NCBI GenBank assembly: GCA_038215615.1
Contig: JBBQQR010000031.1
Location: forward strand, 1-17,951
Origin: Vulcanimicrobiales bacterium
Lineage (GTDB): Bacteria; Vulcanimicrobiota; Vulcanimicrobiia; Vulcanimicrobiales; Vulcanimicrobiaceae
Direction: 5' to 3'
Length of the DNA stretch: 17,951 nt
Shown: positions 1 to 8,418 of the stretch, piece after piece
Numbering within the stretch: position 1 is the stretch's first letter
Layout of the letters: every line of letters begins with the position of its first letter
Translations under genes and position numbers: made by a program
Notes under the pieces: generated by a model
Seen by the model: the letters and a program-made list of their open reading frames with translations, nothing else
Told to the model about the DNA's origin: nothing
Databases searched by the model: none

Positions 1-2307
1 GGCAAACTCGAGCTCGAACGCTGACGGCAGTGCCGCTTCGACGCGCGCGATCATGTCGTCGTCGAAGCCCTTCGCCCGCAACGTCGCGGCGTTGATATGC
101 GGAGCTCCCTCGAGCGACCCGGTTCCCTTTGCGAAGAGCTCGATCTCGTGAATCTGTTCCTCGCTGTAGCCGAGTTTGCGAAGTGCGGCTTCAACCGATT
201 GGTTAACGATTTTGAAATAGCCGCCACCGGCGAGTTTCTTGAATTTGACCAACGCGAAGTCGGGTTCGATTCCCGTCGTGTCGCAGTCCATGACCAGTGC
301 GATCGTGCCCGTCGGTGCAATCACGACTGTTTGCGCGTTACGGAAGCCGGTGACTTCGCCCATCGTGAGCGCGTCGTCCCACATTTTGCGGGCGAGCACC
401 CAGGTCTCTTGCGTGAAGAGGGTGGGAGCGTGCGTCACGGGCTTTACGCTGAGCGCTTCGTAGGCCGCATCGGGTTCGTCGTAGGCGGCGCGGCGGTGAT
501 TGCGGATCACGCGTAGCATCGATTCGGCATTGGCCTCGAAGCGGGCGAACGGGCCGATTTCGCGAGCCATTTCCGCTGACGCGCGGTAAGCGCTGCCGGT
601 CATCAGCGCGCTGATCGCAGCGCACCAGCCGAAGGCCTCTTCGGAATCGTATGGCAGCCCCATGCGCATGAGCAGCGTGCCGAGGTTTGCGTAACCCAGC
701 CCCAGCGTGCGGTAGCCGTGATTCTTTTCGGCGATCGCTTGCGACGGCATCTGGCCCATCGTTACCGAGATTTCCAGCGTGGTCGTCCAGGTGCGCGACG
801 CATCGGCGAAGATCTGCGCATCGAACGTGCCGTCATCTTTCAAGAACTTGACGAGGTTTAAACTCGCAAGATTGCATGCCGTATCGTCGATGAAGCAGTA
901 CTCGCTGCACGGATTGGTCGCATTGATGCGATCGTCGTTCGCGCAGGTATGCCACTCTTGGAGTGTGTCATCGTATTGGATGCCGGGATCGGCGCACTGC
1001 CAAGCGGCCAGCGCTATCTGTTCCCAGAGTGAGGAAGCCTTGATGGTTTTTACCACTGCGCCGGTTGTGCGAGCGGTCAGATGCCAGTCCTCGTCGCGGT
1101 CGAGCGTTTCGAAAAACGCGTTCGTTAGGCGAACAGAATTATTCGAATTCTGCCCGGAAACCGTGTTGTACGCTTCCGAGTCCCAGCCGGTATCATACGT
1201 CGCGATGTCCAGATACTGGTAACCTTGCTTAGCGAAATCCAAGGCGTACTGGATGTTGGCTTGCGGAATGCCCGCGGCCAGCGCCGACTTCATCGCAAGC
1301 TTCAGCGAGGGGTTGAGCGCGGGATCGAGACGGGCGCCCTCGGGCAGCGTTTGGTCGTGCGCCGCCTTCATGATCGCGTTCAGATTTTTTTCGCACGCAA
1401 TCGAACCGGCTACAAGATCGGAAACTTTTTGCTCTTCCCGAACCTTCCAATTCACGAATTGCTCGATATCGGGATGGTCGGCGTTCAGTACGACCATCTT
1501 GGCTGCCCGGCGCGTTGTGCCGCCGGATTTGATTGCGCCGGCCGCGCGATCGAAGACTTTCAGGAAAGACATCAGGCCGGAGCTCGTTCCCCCGCCCGTC
1601 AGTTTTTCGCCGGCGGCGCGGAGCTTGGAAAAATTTGCCCCCGAACCGCTGCCGCCCTTAAAGATACGCGCTTCGCGCACTACGCCATCGAAGATGCCGC
1701 CTTCGTTGACGAGGTCGTCGCCGATCGAAAGAATGTAACACGCCGAGACTTGCGGATGCTCGTAGGTGCTTGTTGAGCGCTTTACTTGCTGATCGACCGG
1801 ATCGACGAAGTAATGACCCTGCGACGGCCCCAAGATGCCGTACGCCCAGTGCAAGCCGGTGTTAAACCACTGCGGCGAATTGGGTGCGCCAATCTGGCGC
1901 GCGAGCATGGCGCACATTTCGTCGTAGTAGATCTGCGCGTCATCTTCGGTGTTGAAATAACCGTGCTTGAAACCCCAATAGGTCCAGCAGCCCGCCAGTC
2001 TATTGAAGACATCACGTGAGTCGTACTCCGATCCGAACTCCGAGTCGTCGGCCGGCTCCGAGCGCCACAGCCATTCGGGCACGCCCTCCTCGGCGACGCG
2101 CTTGCGCGCCTTGGGAACCCCCGCCTTACGGCAGTACTTCTGGGAAAGCACGTCGGTGGCAACCTGGCTCCAGTCGGTTGGGACCATAACGTCTTTGGCC
2201 TCGAAAATCACCGAGCCGTCGGGATTGACGATGCGCGAAGTTCTGGGTTCAAATGTGAGGCCGGCGTAGGGGTCGCCGGGGGCCGAATAGACGCGGCGGA
2301 ACTTCAT
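1..2307 (-). CDS. nrdJ: Vitamin B12-dependent (class II) ribonucleotide reductase, 3' end beyond the left edge of the window
   Basis: Absent from the ORF track because it runs off the edge. Manual translation from ATG 2307 (RBS GGAAGGAG upstream) gives MKFRRVYSAPGDPYAGLTFEPRTSRIVNPDGSVIFEAKDVMVPTDWSQVATDVLSQKY...APNSPQWFNTGLHWAYG...PQVSACYI...KSGGTTRRAAKM...ATNPCSEYCFIDDTACNLASLNL...RNAQTVVIAPTGTI. This includes the NPCSE thiyl-radical motif. Confidence 0.97.
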   Translation of the reverse strand, partial: MKFRRVYSAPGDPYAGLTFEPRTSRIVNPDGSVIFEAKDVMVPTDWSQVATDVLSQKYCRKAGVPKARKRVAEEGVPEWLWRSEPADDSEFGSEYDSRDVFNRLAGCWTYWGFKHGYFNTEDDAQIYYDEMCAMLARQIGAPNSPQWFNTGLHWAYGILGPSQGHYFVDPVDQQVKRSTSTYEHPQVSACYILSIGDDLVNEGGIFDGVVREARIFKGGSGSGANFSKLRAAGEKLTGGGTSSGLMSFLKVFDRAAGAIKSGGTTRRAAKMVVLNADHPDIEQFVNWKVREEQKVSDLVAGSIACEKNLNAIMKAAHDQTLPEGARLDPALNPSLKLAMKSALAAGIPQANIQYALDFAKQGYQYLDIATYDTGWDSEAYNTVSGQNSNNSVRLTNAFFETLDRDEDWHLTARTTGAVVKTIKASSLWEQIALAAWQCADPGIQYDDTLQEWHTCANDDRINATNPCSEYCFIDDTACNLASLNLVKFLKDDGTFDAQIFADASRTWTTTLEISVTMGQMPSQAIAEKNHGYRTLGLGYANLGTLLMRMGLPYDSEEAFGWCAAISALMTGSAYRASAEMAREIGPFARFEANAESMLRVIRNHRRAAYDEPDAAYEALSVKPVTHAPTLFTQETWVLARKMWDDALTMGEVTGFRNAQTVVIAPTGTIALVMDCDTTGIEPDFALVKFKKLAGGGYFKIVNQSVEAALRKLGYSEEQIHEIELFAKGTGSLEGAPHINAATLRAKGFDDDMIARVEAALPSAFELEFA

Positions 2308-2360
2308 CGAGGCTCCTTCCTCCCAAGGGGGAGGACCCGTTTACTACTATGTTAGAAAAT

Positions 2361-2374
2361 CGAACACCTGTTCG
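2361..2374. promoter_or_regulatory. LexA (SOS) box, Gram-positive/Actinobacteria type
   Basis: CGAAC-ACCT-GTTCG, perfect inverted arms matching the CGAAC-N4-GTTCG consensus, about 55 bp upstream of the nrdJ start. Confidence 0.75.
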
Positions 2375-2401
2375 GTCATAACGGACGAGATCCGCCAGGC
2401 G

Positions 2402-2417
2402 TGCCCATAAATTGTAC
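2402..2417. promoter_or_regulatory. NrdR box (weaker copy)
   Basis: TGCCCATAAATTGTAC against consensus acaCwAtATaTwGtgt; starts 32 bp from the strong box, the usual tandem spacing. Confidence 0.6.
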
Positions 2418-2433
2418 TACCGAGAGAAGCCGG

Positions 2434-2449
2434 ATACAAGATATTGTGC
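2434..2449. promoter_or_regulatory. NrdR box (strong copy)
   Basis: ATACAAGATATTGTGC matches all capitalised positions of acaCwAtATaTwGtgt and lies upstream of a ribonucleotide reductase gene. Confidence 0.85.
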
Positions 2450-2592
2450 TTCAGGTCCTTGTGAGGAAGCTGTCCAGAAGGGCAAAAACCTGTGTATTCG
2501 CTCGGCTGAACTGGTGGACAATACGCAATGCGGTGGGAGGGCTGTGGAAACTTCCGAGGATAGCGAGGACAAATGGCCCAAAGCGCTCGCGA

Positions 2593-3078
2593 ATGCTCGG
2601 CCCTAACCGCTTTGCTTCCAGCCTGCACGACGTCTCGTTGGCCGAGCTCGCCGATGCCGGGATCCGCGGCCTGATTATCGACTTAGACAACACCCTTTTG
2701 GGCTTCCGGGAAACCGAATTGGCCGCCGAGCATAGCGCTTGGATCGCCGAGGCGCACGACCGTGGCTTCGTCATGTGCATGGTCTCCAATAATTTCAGGG
2801 AGCGCGCGCGCGGCATCGCGGATCAGCTAAAGATCGGCTGCATCCCAAACGCGCTCAAGCCGTTGCCGTTCGGCTTCATGCGCGCCCTCAAACATTTGGG
2901 ACTTCCGCGTAGTCAAGTGGCCGTTGTGGGCGATCAATTTTTTACCGACGTGCTCGGCGCGAAGCTCTGCGGCAATCTGTATACGATTCTGACCGAGCCG
3001 ATCCAAACGCACGACTTTGCGATTACGCGAATGTTCCGGTTTCTCGAGCGCCTCGTACTTCCGGAGCGGCGCCGGTGA
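2593..3078 (+). CDS. yqeG: YqeG-family HAD IIIA phosphatase
   Basis: Motifs IIDLDNTL, VSNN, ALKP and VVGDQFFTDVLG. The likely start is ATG 2593 (MLGPNRFASSL), since the ORF-track extension to 2401 overlaps the NrdR boxes. Adjacent to aroE as in Bacillus. Confidence 0.9.
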   Translation: MLGPNRFASSLHDVSLAELADAGIRGLIIDLDNTLLGFRETELAAEHSAWIAEAHDRGFVMCMVSNNFRERARGIADQLKIGCIPNALKPLPFGFMRALKHLGLPRSQVAVVGDQFFTDVLGAKLCGNLYTILTEPIQTHDFAITRMFRFLERLVLPERRR

Positions 3079-3815
3079 AACTGGCATTAATCGGTGACCC
3101 GGTAGCGCACAGCCGGAGCCCCGAACTACATGGGCAATTCTTGGAAGATGCCGGGATTGAAGGGATCTACACCGCGATACGCGTGCCGAAAGGCGGCGGC
3201 GCCGATGCGGTCCGGCAACTGCGTGAAGAAGGCTATACCGGACTCAACGTCACGACGCCGCTCAAAGAAGAAGTGCTCGAAGCTTGCGAATCGCTCGACG
3301 AAGACGCACGGATGTCCGAATCGGTGAATACCATTTTCTTCGGCGCTAAAATCATGGGGAGCAATACCGACGGCGTCGGCGCGCGTTCCGCACTTGAGAC
3401 GATTCTCGGGCGGCCGGTAGCGTTGGAACGCATCGGTATTTTAGGGACGGGCGCAACCGCGCGCGCAATTCTGGCGCAGCTGCATGAAAGCGATGCTTAT
3501 ACCTACGTCTGGGGACGCGATTACGATAAGGTGCTTGCGCTTTGCGATCGCTTCGAAGCGCAGCAGTGGCCGGAGAGTTCGCCCGAAATCGTTATCGCGA
3601 CGCTGCCGCCCAGCACGGAGCTACCCAAACAGATCCTCGAACACGTGCGCAAAGCCGACCTCGTGATGGATACCAACTACGGAGAGCGTTCGAACATCGA
3701 ACGCCTACTGCTGCGCGAAGTCGTAACGGGCGACCTCATGCTCGAAGCGCAAGCGCGTGCCTCATTTGATTTCTGGCTCGCGCACGCACAAGAGCAAGCC
3801 GAAGAGATCTTGTAG
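3075..3815 (+). CDS. aroE: Shikimate dehydrogenase (AroE family)
   Basis: LIGDPVAHSRSPELH, GLNVTTPLKE, SVNTI, NTDGVG, Rossmann GTGATAR and ML..QA...F..W motifs; GTGA overlap with yqeG. Confidence 0.9.
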   Translation: MKLALIGDPVAHSRSPELHGQFLEDAGIEGIYTAIRVPKGGGADAVRQLREEGYTGLNVTTPLKEEVLEACESLDEDARMSESVNTIFFGAKIMGSNTDGVGARSALETILGRPVALERIGILGTGATARAILAQLHESDAYTYVWGRDYDKVLALCDRFEAQQWPESSPEIVIATLPPSTELPKQILEHVRKADLVMDTNYGERSNIERLLLREVVTGDLMLEAQARASFDFWLAHAQEQAEEIL

Positions 3816-3825
3816 CGATGAAATT

Positions 3826-3912
3826 CGGAGAGGGGGAGATTCGAACTCCCGAGACGCTTTCACGTCTGCTCGCTTTCCAAGCGAGTGCATTCGACCACTC
3901 TGCCACCTCTCC
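3826..3912 (-). tRNA. tRNA-Ser (anticodon GGA), CCA not encoded
   Basis: Minus strand GGAGAGGTGGCAGAGTGGTCGAATGCACTCGCTTGGAAAGCGAGCAGACGTGAAAGCGTCTCGGGAGTTCGAATCTCCCCCTCTCCG. Acceptor stem GGAGAGG/CCTCTCC, anticodon stem CTCGC/GCGAG with loop TTGGAAA, long variable arm, TTCGAAT T-loop, G discriminator. Confidence 0.97.
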
Positions 3913-3935
3913 GTAAAACCGAAGGTTTTACGGAG
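3909..3935. repeat. Perfect 12-bp inverted repeat overlapping the tRNA 5' end
   Basis: CTCCGTAAAACC-GAA-GGTTTTACGGAG; one arm includes tRNA nucleotides 1-4 (GGAG). Confidence 0.8.
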
Positions 3936-4019
3936 CCATTTGAAAGGCGTATCCGCGCTGCGCGCTCCACGCCCCCCACCGGCGAAGCCGCTGGGGCCCC
4001 CGGCCTTCGGCCCACGTGC

Positions 4020-4028
4020 AGTTTAGCA
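4020..4028 (-). promoter_or_regulatory. Putative extended -10 promoter for the tRNA-Ser transcript
   Basis: TGCTAAACT on the minus strand (TGnTAnnnT), immediately after the stop codon of the ALDH-like gene. Confidence 0.4.
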
Positions 4029-4907
4029 TCATATTCCCGCCGGGTGCCAGATCGTTTTGATTTCGCTGTAAGCGGCGACCGCGTCTAGACTTTGGGCGGC
4101 GGGCGCGAACCATTCGTCGCGACCCTTGCGGCGATAGGGATGCGTGCGCTTCACATTGTCCGAGGCATGACGCTGCAACTCTTCGGTGAGCGGGCCGTCT
4201 GGAAAAGCAATCGCGTTCACATCCATGTGCTTTGCGAGCACCGGCCCGAGTTCGGCGCGGAAGCCGGTTATGATGTTGGCGACGCCCGCCGGCAGATCGC
4301 TGGTTGCAAGCGCCTCGGCGAAAACGATCGCCGTGCGCGGATCTTTTTCCGACGCCACCAATACGACTGCATTGGCAGAAACGAGCGCGGGCATGAGCAC
4401 GGAAACCAGACCGAGCAATGCGGGTTCGTCCGGCGCGAGGATGCCGACGACACCTGTCGGTTCGGCCGTCGAAAAGTTGAAGTGCGGACCCGCGACGGGA
4501 TTGCGCGTTGAAAGGAGCGCGTTGTACTTGTCGCACCAGCCCGCGTACCAAATCACTCGGTCGATCGCGGCGACGACCTCGGTCTCCGCCGCCGCCGCAG
4601 AAAGATCGCCGCCCTCGCGTACGCGATCGACCAGCTCTTCGTGGCGCGCTTCCATCATCTCAGCCAACCGGTAAAGAATCAGCCCGCGCGTGCCTGGTTT
4701 CGTCGCCAGCCATTTCGGCTGTGCGGTGCGCGCGGCGACGACGGCGTCGCGGACATCTTTACGCGATCCGCGCGCGATATTGGCGCCGAACTCCGAACCG
4801 TCCCATAATGGGTCGCTGCGACCGGATTCGGAACGTACGAACGCACCGTTGATGAAGAGTTTGTACATCTTGCGAACGGCGAGCCGCGCCTGATCGTATT
4901 TGGCCAT
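4029..4907 (-). CDS. Short aldehyde-dehydrogenase-like protein lacking the catalytic domain (ALDH16 C-terminal-module-like)
   Basis: Likely start MAKYDQARLAVRKMYKLFINGAFVRSESGRS (292 aa). It has an ALDH N-terminal/Rossmann-like region (EPTGVVGI, DLPAGVANIITG) and the terminal strand EIKTIWHP, but no LELGGK, catalytic Cys or EEIFGP. Confidence 0.85.
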   Translation of the reverse strand: MAKYDQARLAVRKMYKLFINGAFVRSESGRSDPLWDGSEFGANIARGSRKDVRDAVVAARTAQPKWLATKPGTRGLILYRLAEMMEARHEELVDRVREGGDLSAAAAETEVVAAIDRVIWYAGWCDKYNALLSTRNPVAGPHFNFSTAEPTGVVGILAPDEPALLGLVSVLMPALVSANAVVLVASEKDPRTAIVFAEALATSDLPAGVANIITGFRAELGPVLAKHMDVNAIAFPDGPLTEELQRHASDNVKRTHPYRRKGRDEWFAPAAQSLDAVAAYSEIKTIWHPAGI

Positions 4908-4953
4908 GGGACGAGCTACGACGCAGGGGAGCCCGGACCCTATGAGGTACGGC

Positions 4954-5505
4954 ATGGAGATGAGCAAAGCAAAACCATTTTTGTCAGATATAAAAGAACT
5001 GCGCCGCCGCGCTCGCCAGAATATGATGCGCGGCTCCGTCACGAGCGATTATAAGGGCGACATCGACCAAGCCGTGGATGTGCTCAATGCCGCGCTCGCC
5101 ACAGAAATCGTCTGCATCTTACGCTACAAACGGCACTACTACACCGCGAAGGGAATCGCAAAAGATTCCGTCGCCGGCGAATTCTTGCAGCACGCCAACG
5201 AAGAGCAGCAACATGCCGATATGATCGCTGAGCGCATTACGCAGCTGGGCGGCGATCCGGATTTTAATCCGGAAGGTTTGGCCACGCGCAGTCATTCGGA
5301 GTATAAGGAGGGCGATAACCTCATCGACATGATCAAAGAGAATCTTGTTGCCGAGCGGGTCGCAATCGAGTCTTACCGCGAAATGGTTCGCTTTTTCGGC
5401 GAAGACGATCCAACGACGCGCCGCATGCTCGAAGAGATCCTGGCCGTAGAAGAAGAGCACGCCAACGACATGGTGGACTTACTCGAACAGCACGGTAAAG
5501 GCTAG
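4954..5505 (+). CDS. Ferritin-like protein, bacterioferritin/Dps-like (DpsL, PA4880-like)
   Basis: Di-iron motifs LATEIVCILRYKRH, EEQQHAD, AERVAIESY and EEEHAND; also ERITQLGGDP and DPTTRRMLEEIL. Start is ATG 4954 (GAGG 6 nt upstream) or 4960. Confidence 0.9.
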   Translation: MEMSKAKPFLSDIKELRRRARQNMMRGSVTSDYKGDIDQAVDVLNAALATEIVCILRYKRHYYTAKGIAKDSVAGEFLQHANEEQQHADMIAERITQLGGDPDFNPEGLATRSHSEYKEGDNLIDMIKENLVAERVAIESYREMVRFFGEDDPTTRRMLEEILAVEEEHANDMVDLLEQHGKG

Positions 5506-5843
5506 TTCTTGCGCTTGTGTGTCTGCGCGTAGACTTTGAGGAACCTGCCGTTCTTTAAAGTATACGTCGTTACGATGTTCGTCGTGCAGTCGTTATCTTT
5601 GCACGCGTCGATATAAAGCAAGCGGTTTTTAAACGTGATGTGGATTGAATCCGACCCGGCTCCCCAGTCTGCGCCCCAGTTCGCAGTCGCCACGTCGCCC
5701 AACATTGCGGCGGCCTTTCCGCGATCGCTAAATACATAGGCTTCGGCCGTGCCGCCGATCGGAAAATCGCACGCAAGTATGACGACCGCTTGCTGCGTTC
5801 CGAGAGCAAGGCTGCCTCGCTTGATCGAGACGACTCGCAGATC
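5502..5843 (-). pseudogene. 5'-truncated fragment of a hypothetical (possibly exported, beta-rich) protein
   Basis: The frame stays open well upstream of the called ATG 5705 and reads like protein: DLRVVSIKRGSLALGTQQAVVILACDFPIGGTAEAYVFSDRGKAAAMLGDVATANWG...YTLKNGRFLKVYAQTHKRKN*. No upstream ATG/GTG/TTG occurs before it runs into the ubiB-like sequence. Confidence 0.5.
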
Positions 5844-6962
5844 CTGGACGACTATGGCGCGATCGATTTGGCCGAAGAATTCGGCGACACGCTGCGCGCT
5901 GAGCTCGACTATACGCGCGAAGCCGGAAACATTGAATTCTTCCGTACGTTTTTCGAAGACGAACGCGGCATCAAGATCCCGGATGTCATTTACGAGCTCT
6001 CGACAAAACGCGTCATCACGCTGGAGCGGATCGGCGGGCAGAAGCCCTCCGAACTAACCGATCGCGCGAAGCGTAAGCGAGAAACGTCGGCCGAGCGTAT
6101 CGCCCGGTTTGTTTTGGAGCCGGCATTCGGCGAGGGCCTGTTTTACGCCGATCCCCACAACGGTAATTTCATTGTCGAACCGGGCGGAGCCGTCGGCGTC
6201 TTGGATTTCGGAATGACAGGCCGGCTGGCGCCCCAGGCGCGCAGGCGCGTGGCCGACATCTTCATGGCGTTCGATCGTCGCGATCCGGAACGCGTCACGG
6301 ACCGGCTTATGCAGATCGCCGCGCCGAAACATCCGATCGATCGTGCGATGCTCGGCGGCGAAATAGCGCGCACCATGGAGCGGCACCTCGCCCCGGACCT
6401 CAAGGGTGTGCATTTCGGCGAGGCGCTCACCGACATGCTCGATACCATACGCCGTTATAAGCTCCGGCTACCCGGCCCCGTCGCGCTGCTCTTTCGAGCG
6501 TTGGTCATGTGCGAAGGTTTAATCGAACAGATCAGTCCCGAATCGAACATGAACGAGTTCATCTCGTCGCTTTCGGAAAAAATTCTTTACCAGCGCATAG
6601 CCGGTCAGGATCTGCCGGGCAGCATTCGAAACGCCGCCCTGGACGCCGCGGAGCTGAGTATCGACCTGCCGAGGCGCGCGGATCGCGTCCTCTCGGAGAT
6701 CGAGCGGGGCAACCTGCGTGTATGGACGCGCGTGGAAGACATGGAGCGCACGATGGCGCGATTCGAGCGCGCGGTCGAAACCACAAACGCCACGCTGCTG
6801 GCGTCCGCCAGTATCGTCGGACTGGCGATCGTCATGCTCATGTACCACCCCTCCGGCTGGGGACGATGGATCGGCTACGCGTTCTGGTCGGTCGTCGCGA
6901 TCGTTTTGCTCTTTAGTTTAAGAACGGTGTGGGCAACTTTCAAGAAACGAAAGGTGAGCTGA
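5835..6962 (+). pseudogene. 5'-truncated UbiB/AarF/ABC1-family atypical kinase
   Basis: Contains EF...LRAELDYTREAGN, IKIPDV, VITLERIGG, FYADPHNGNF, LDFGMTGRL and two C-terminal TM helices. It lacks the N-terminal KxGQ, A-rich (AASI.QVH) and VxVK motifs. Confidence 0.75.
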
Positions 6963-6963
6963 G

Positions 6964-8418
6964 CTACTCGCCTTGGGCGAGCGAGTACGCGCGGGCTCCG
7001 TCGAACGTGTAGAGCCCTTCAGTTTTCACGACGTCAAAACCGCCCATGCAGAAGGCGGCCAGGATTTGCACGACGGTCTTTCCGGTAAAGTCGCCGCCGG
7101 CCGATTCCAACCGGCACGACCAGTGATCGCTCCAAAACGTATCCGGATTGCCGTTTGGCCAGACTTTCGTACCGCGGTTACTGATGACCGTCAGCTTGGC
7201 CCCTTCAAGCGGGAGTGCACTGATGCGCGCGGCGATTGCGTCCGGATCCCCACTGGGGAAATCGATGAACACGTCGACGCCGACATGTTTCTTTTCGGCC
7301 GGGGCTCCGGCGGCGCGAACCGTGACGTTCATCTGCGCGTCCTTGGCGTATTCGACCGCGGCGAGATGCTGCGGCACCAGTCCAAGCCGCTCGATGACCG
7401 CCGAAGCGAACTCTTTGGTGCCGACCTTCTCTTTGCTGACGCCTTCCTTATAGATGTCGTACGTGTGGATGCCATCTTCGATCGTGCGCAGCCATGCGTT
7501 GTGCGCGCGCTCGGCGGTTTCGCCTTGACCGATGTGCGAAAGCATGAGCAGCGCGCCGTGGAAGAGGCCGGAAGGGTTAGCCAGGTTTTGTCCGGCGCGC
7601 CGGGGCGCGGATCCGTGAATGGCTTCGAACATCGAACAGTGGTCGCCGATGTTCGCTGAGCCCGCCAGGCCGACGGAGCCGGTGATCTGCGCCGCCACAT
7701 CGGAGAGCACGTCGCCGTAGAGATTCGGCATCACCAGTACATCGAACGCTTCAGGCGTGTCGGCCATTTTGGCCGCGCCGATGTCGACGATCCAGTGCTC
7801 GTTTTCGATGTCGGGGTATTCCGCCGCGATTTCATCGAAGACTTTGTGAAACAGGCCGTCGGTCAGCTTCATGATGTTGTCTTTGGTGAAGCACGTGACT
7901 TTCTTGCGCTTATTAGCCCGGGCATATTCGAAGGCGTAGCGCACGATGCGCTCGCTGCCGGGACGCGAAATCAGCTTCAGACATTGCGTGACCTGCTCTG
8001 TCTGGCGATGCTCGATGCCGCCGTAGACATCTTCCTCGTTCTCACGTACGATCACGAGGTTCATCTTGGGATGTTTTGTCGAGACGTACGGGTGAAGCGA
8101 AGCGCACGGGCGCACGTTGGCGTACATGCCGAGCGTTTTTCTGACCGTGACGTTGAGCGACTTGAAGCCGCCGCCTTGCGGAGTCGTAATCGGCGCCTTA
8201 AGGAACACCTTGGTGCGGCGCAGCGAATCCCAGGAACTGTTCTCGATCCCATTGGTGACGCCGCGAGAGTAGATGCTCTCACCGATTTCGATCCGCTCCA
8301 TGTCGAGTTGGGCGCCGGCTTCGCTGATAATGCGCAGCGTCGCTTCCATGATTTCCGGGCCGATGCCGTCGCCGTAGGCTACGGTAATAGGCGTTTTCTT
8401 GGCTGTCAGAGTGACCAC
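6964..8418 (-). CDS. icd: NADP-dependent isocitrate dehydrogenase (type with C-terminal extension)
   Basis: ITVAYGDGIGPEIM, KAPITTPQGGGFKSLNVTVRK, IVRENEEDVYGGIEH, MPNLYGDVLSD and FEAIHGSAP motifs, ending YSLAQGE. Probable start is GTG 8418, overlapping the 3' end of the SBP gene; the exact start is uncertain. Confidence 0.93.
   Translation of the reverse strand: MVTLTAKKTPITVAYGDGIGPEIMEATLRIISEAGAQLDMERIEIGESIYSRGVTNGIENSSWDSLRRTKVFLKAPITTPQGGGFKSLNVTVRKTLGMYANVRPCASLHPYVSTKHPKMNLVIVRENEEDVYGGIEHRQTEQVTQCLKLISRPGSERIVRYAFEYARANKRKKVTCFTKDNIMKLTDGLFHKVFDEIAAEYPDIENEHWIVDIGAAKMADTPEAFDVLVMPNLYGDVLSDVAAQITGSVGLAGSANIGDHCSMFEAIHGSAPRRAGQNLANPSGLFHGALLMLSHIGQGETAERAHNAWLRTIEDGIHTYDIYKEGVSKEKVGTKEFASAVIERLGLVPQHLAAVEYAKDAQMNVTVRAAGAPAEKKHVGVDVFIDFPSGDPDAIAARISALPLEGAKLTVISNRGTKVWPNGNPDTFWSDHWSCRLESAGGDFTGKTVVQILAAFCMGGFDVVKTEGLYTFDGARAYSLAQGE

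Noticed and set aside
51..2269. Numerous ORFs of 70-180 aa in the ORF track
   Set aside because: Antisense or off-frame shadows of nrdJ, common in GC-rich DNA; no recognisable motifs
1..2307. Intein or group I intron in nrdJ
   Set aside because: Manual translation is continuous and collinear with typical NrdJ motifs; no intein or endonuclease insert in the visible part
2308..2592. Cobalamin riboswitch upstream of nrdJ
   Set aside because: No recognisable B12-box pattern; the region is better explained by LexA and NrdR sites
3826..3912. tRNA-Sec, or an integration (att) site for an island
   Set aside because: The anticodon is GGA (Ser). No duplicated tRNA 3' end or integrase was seen, and aroE ends 10 nt from the tRNA 3' end.
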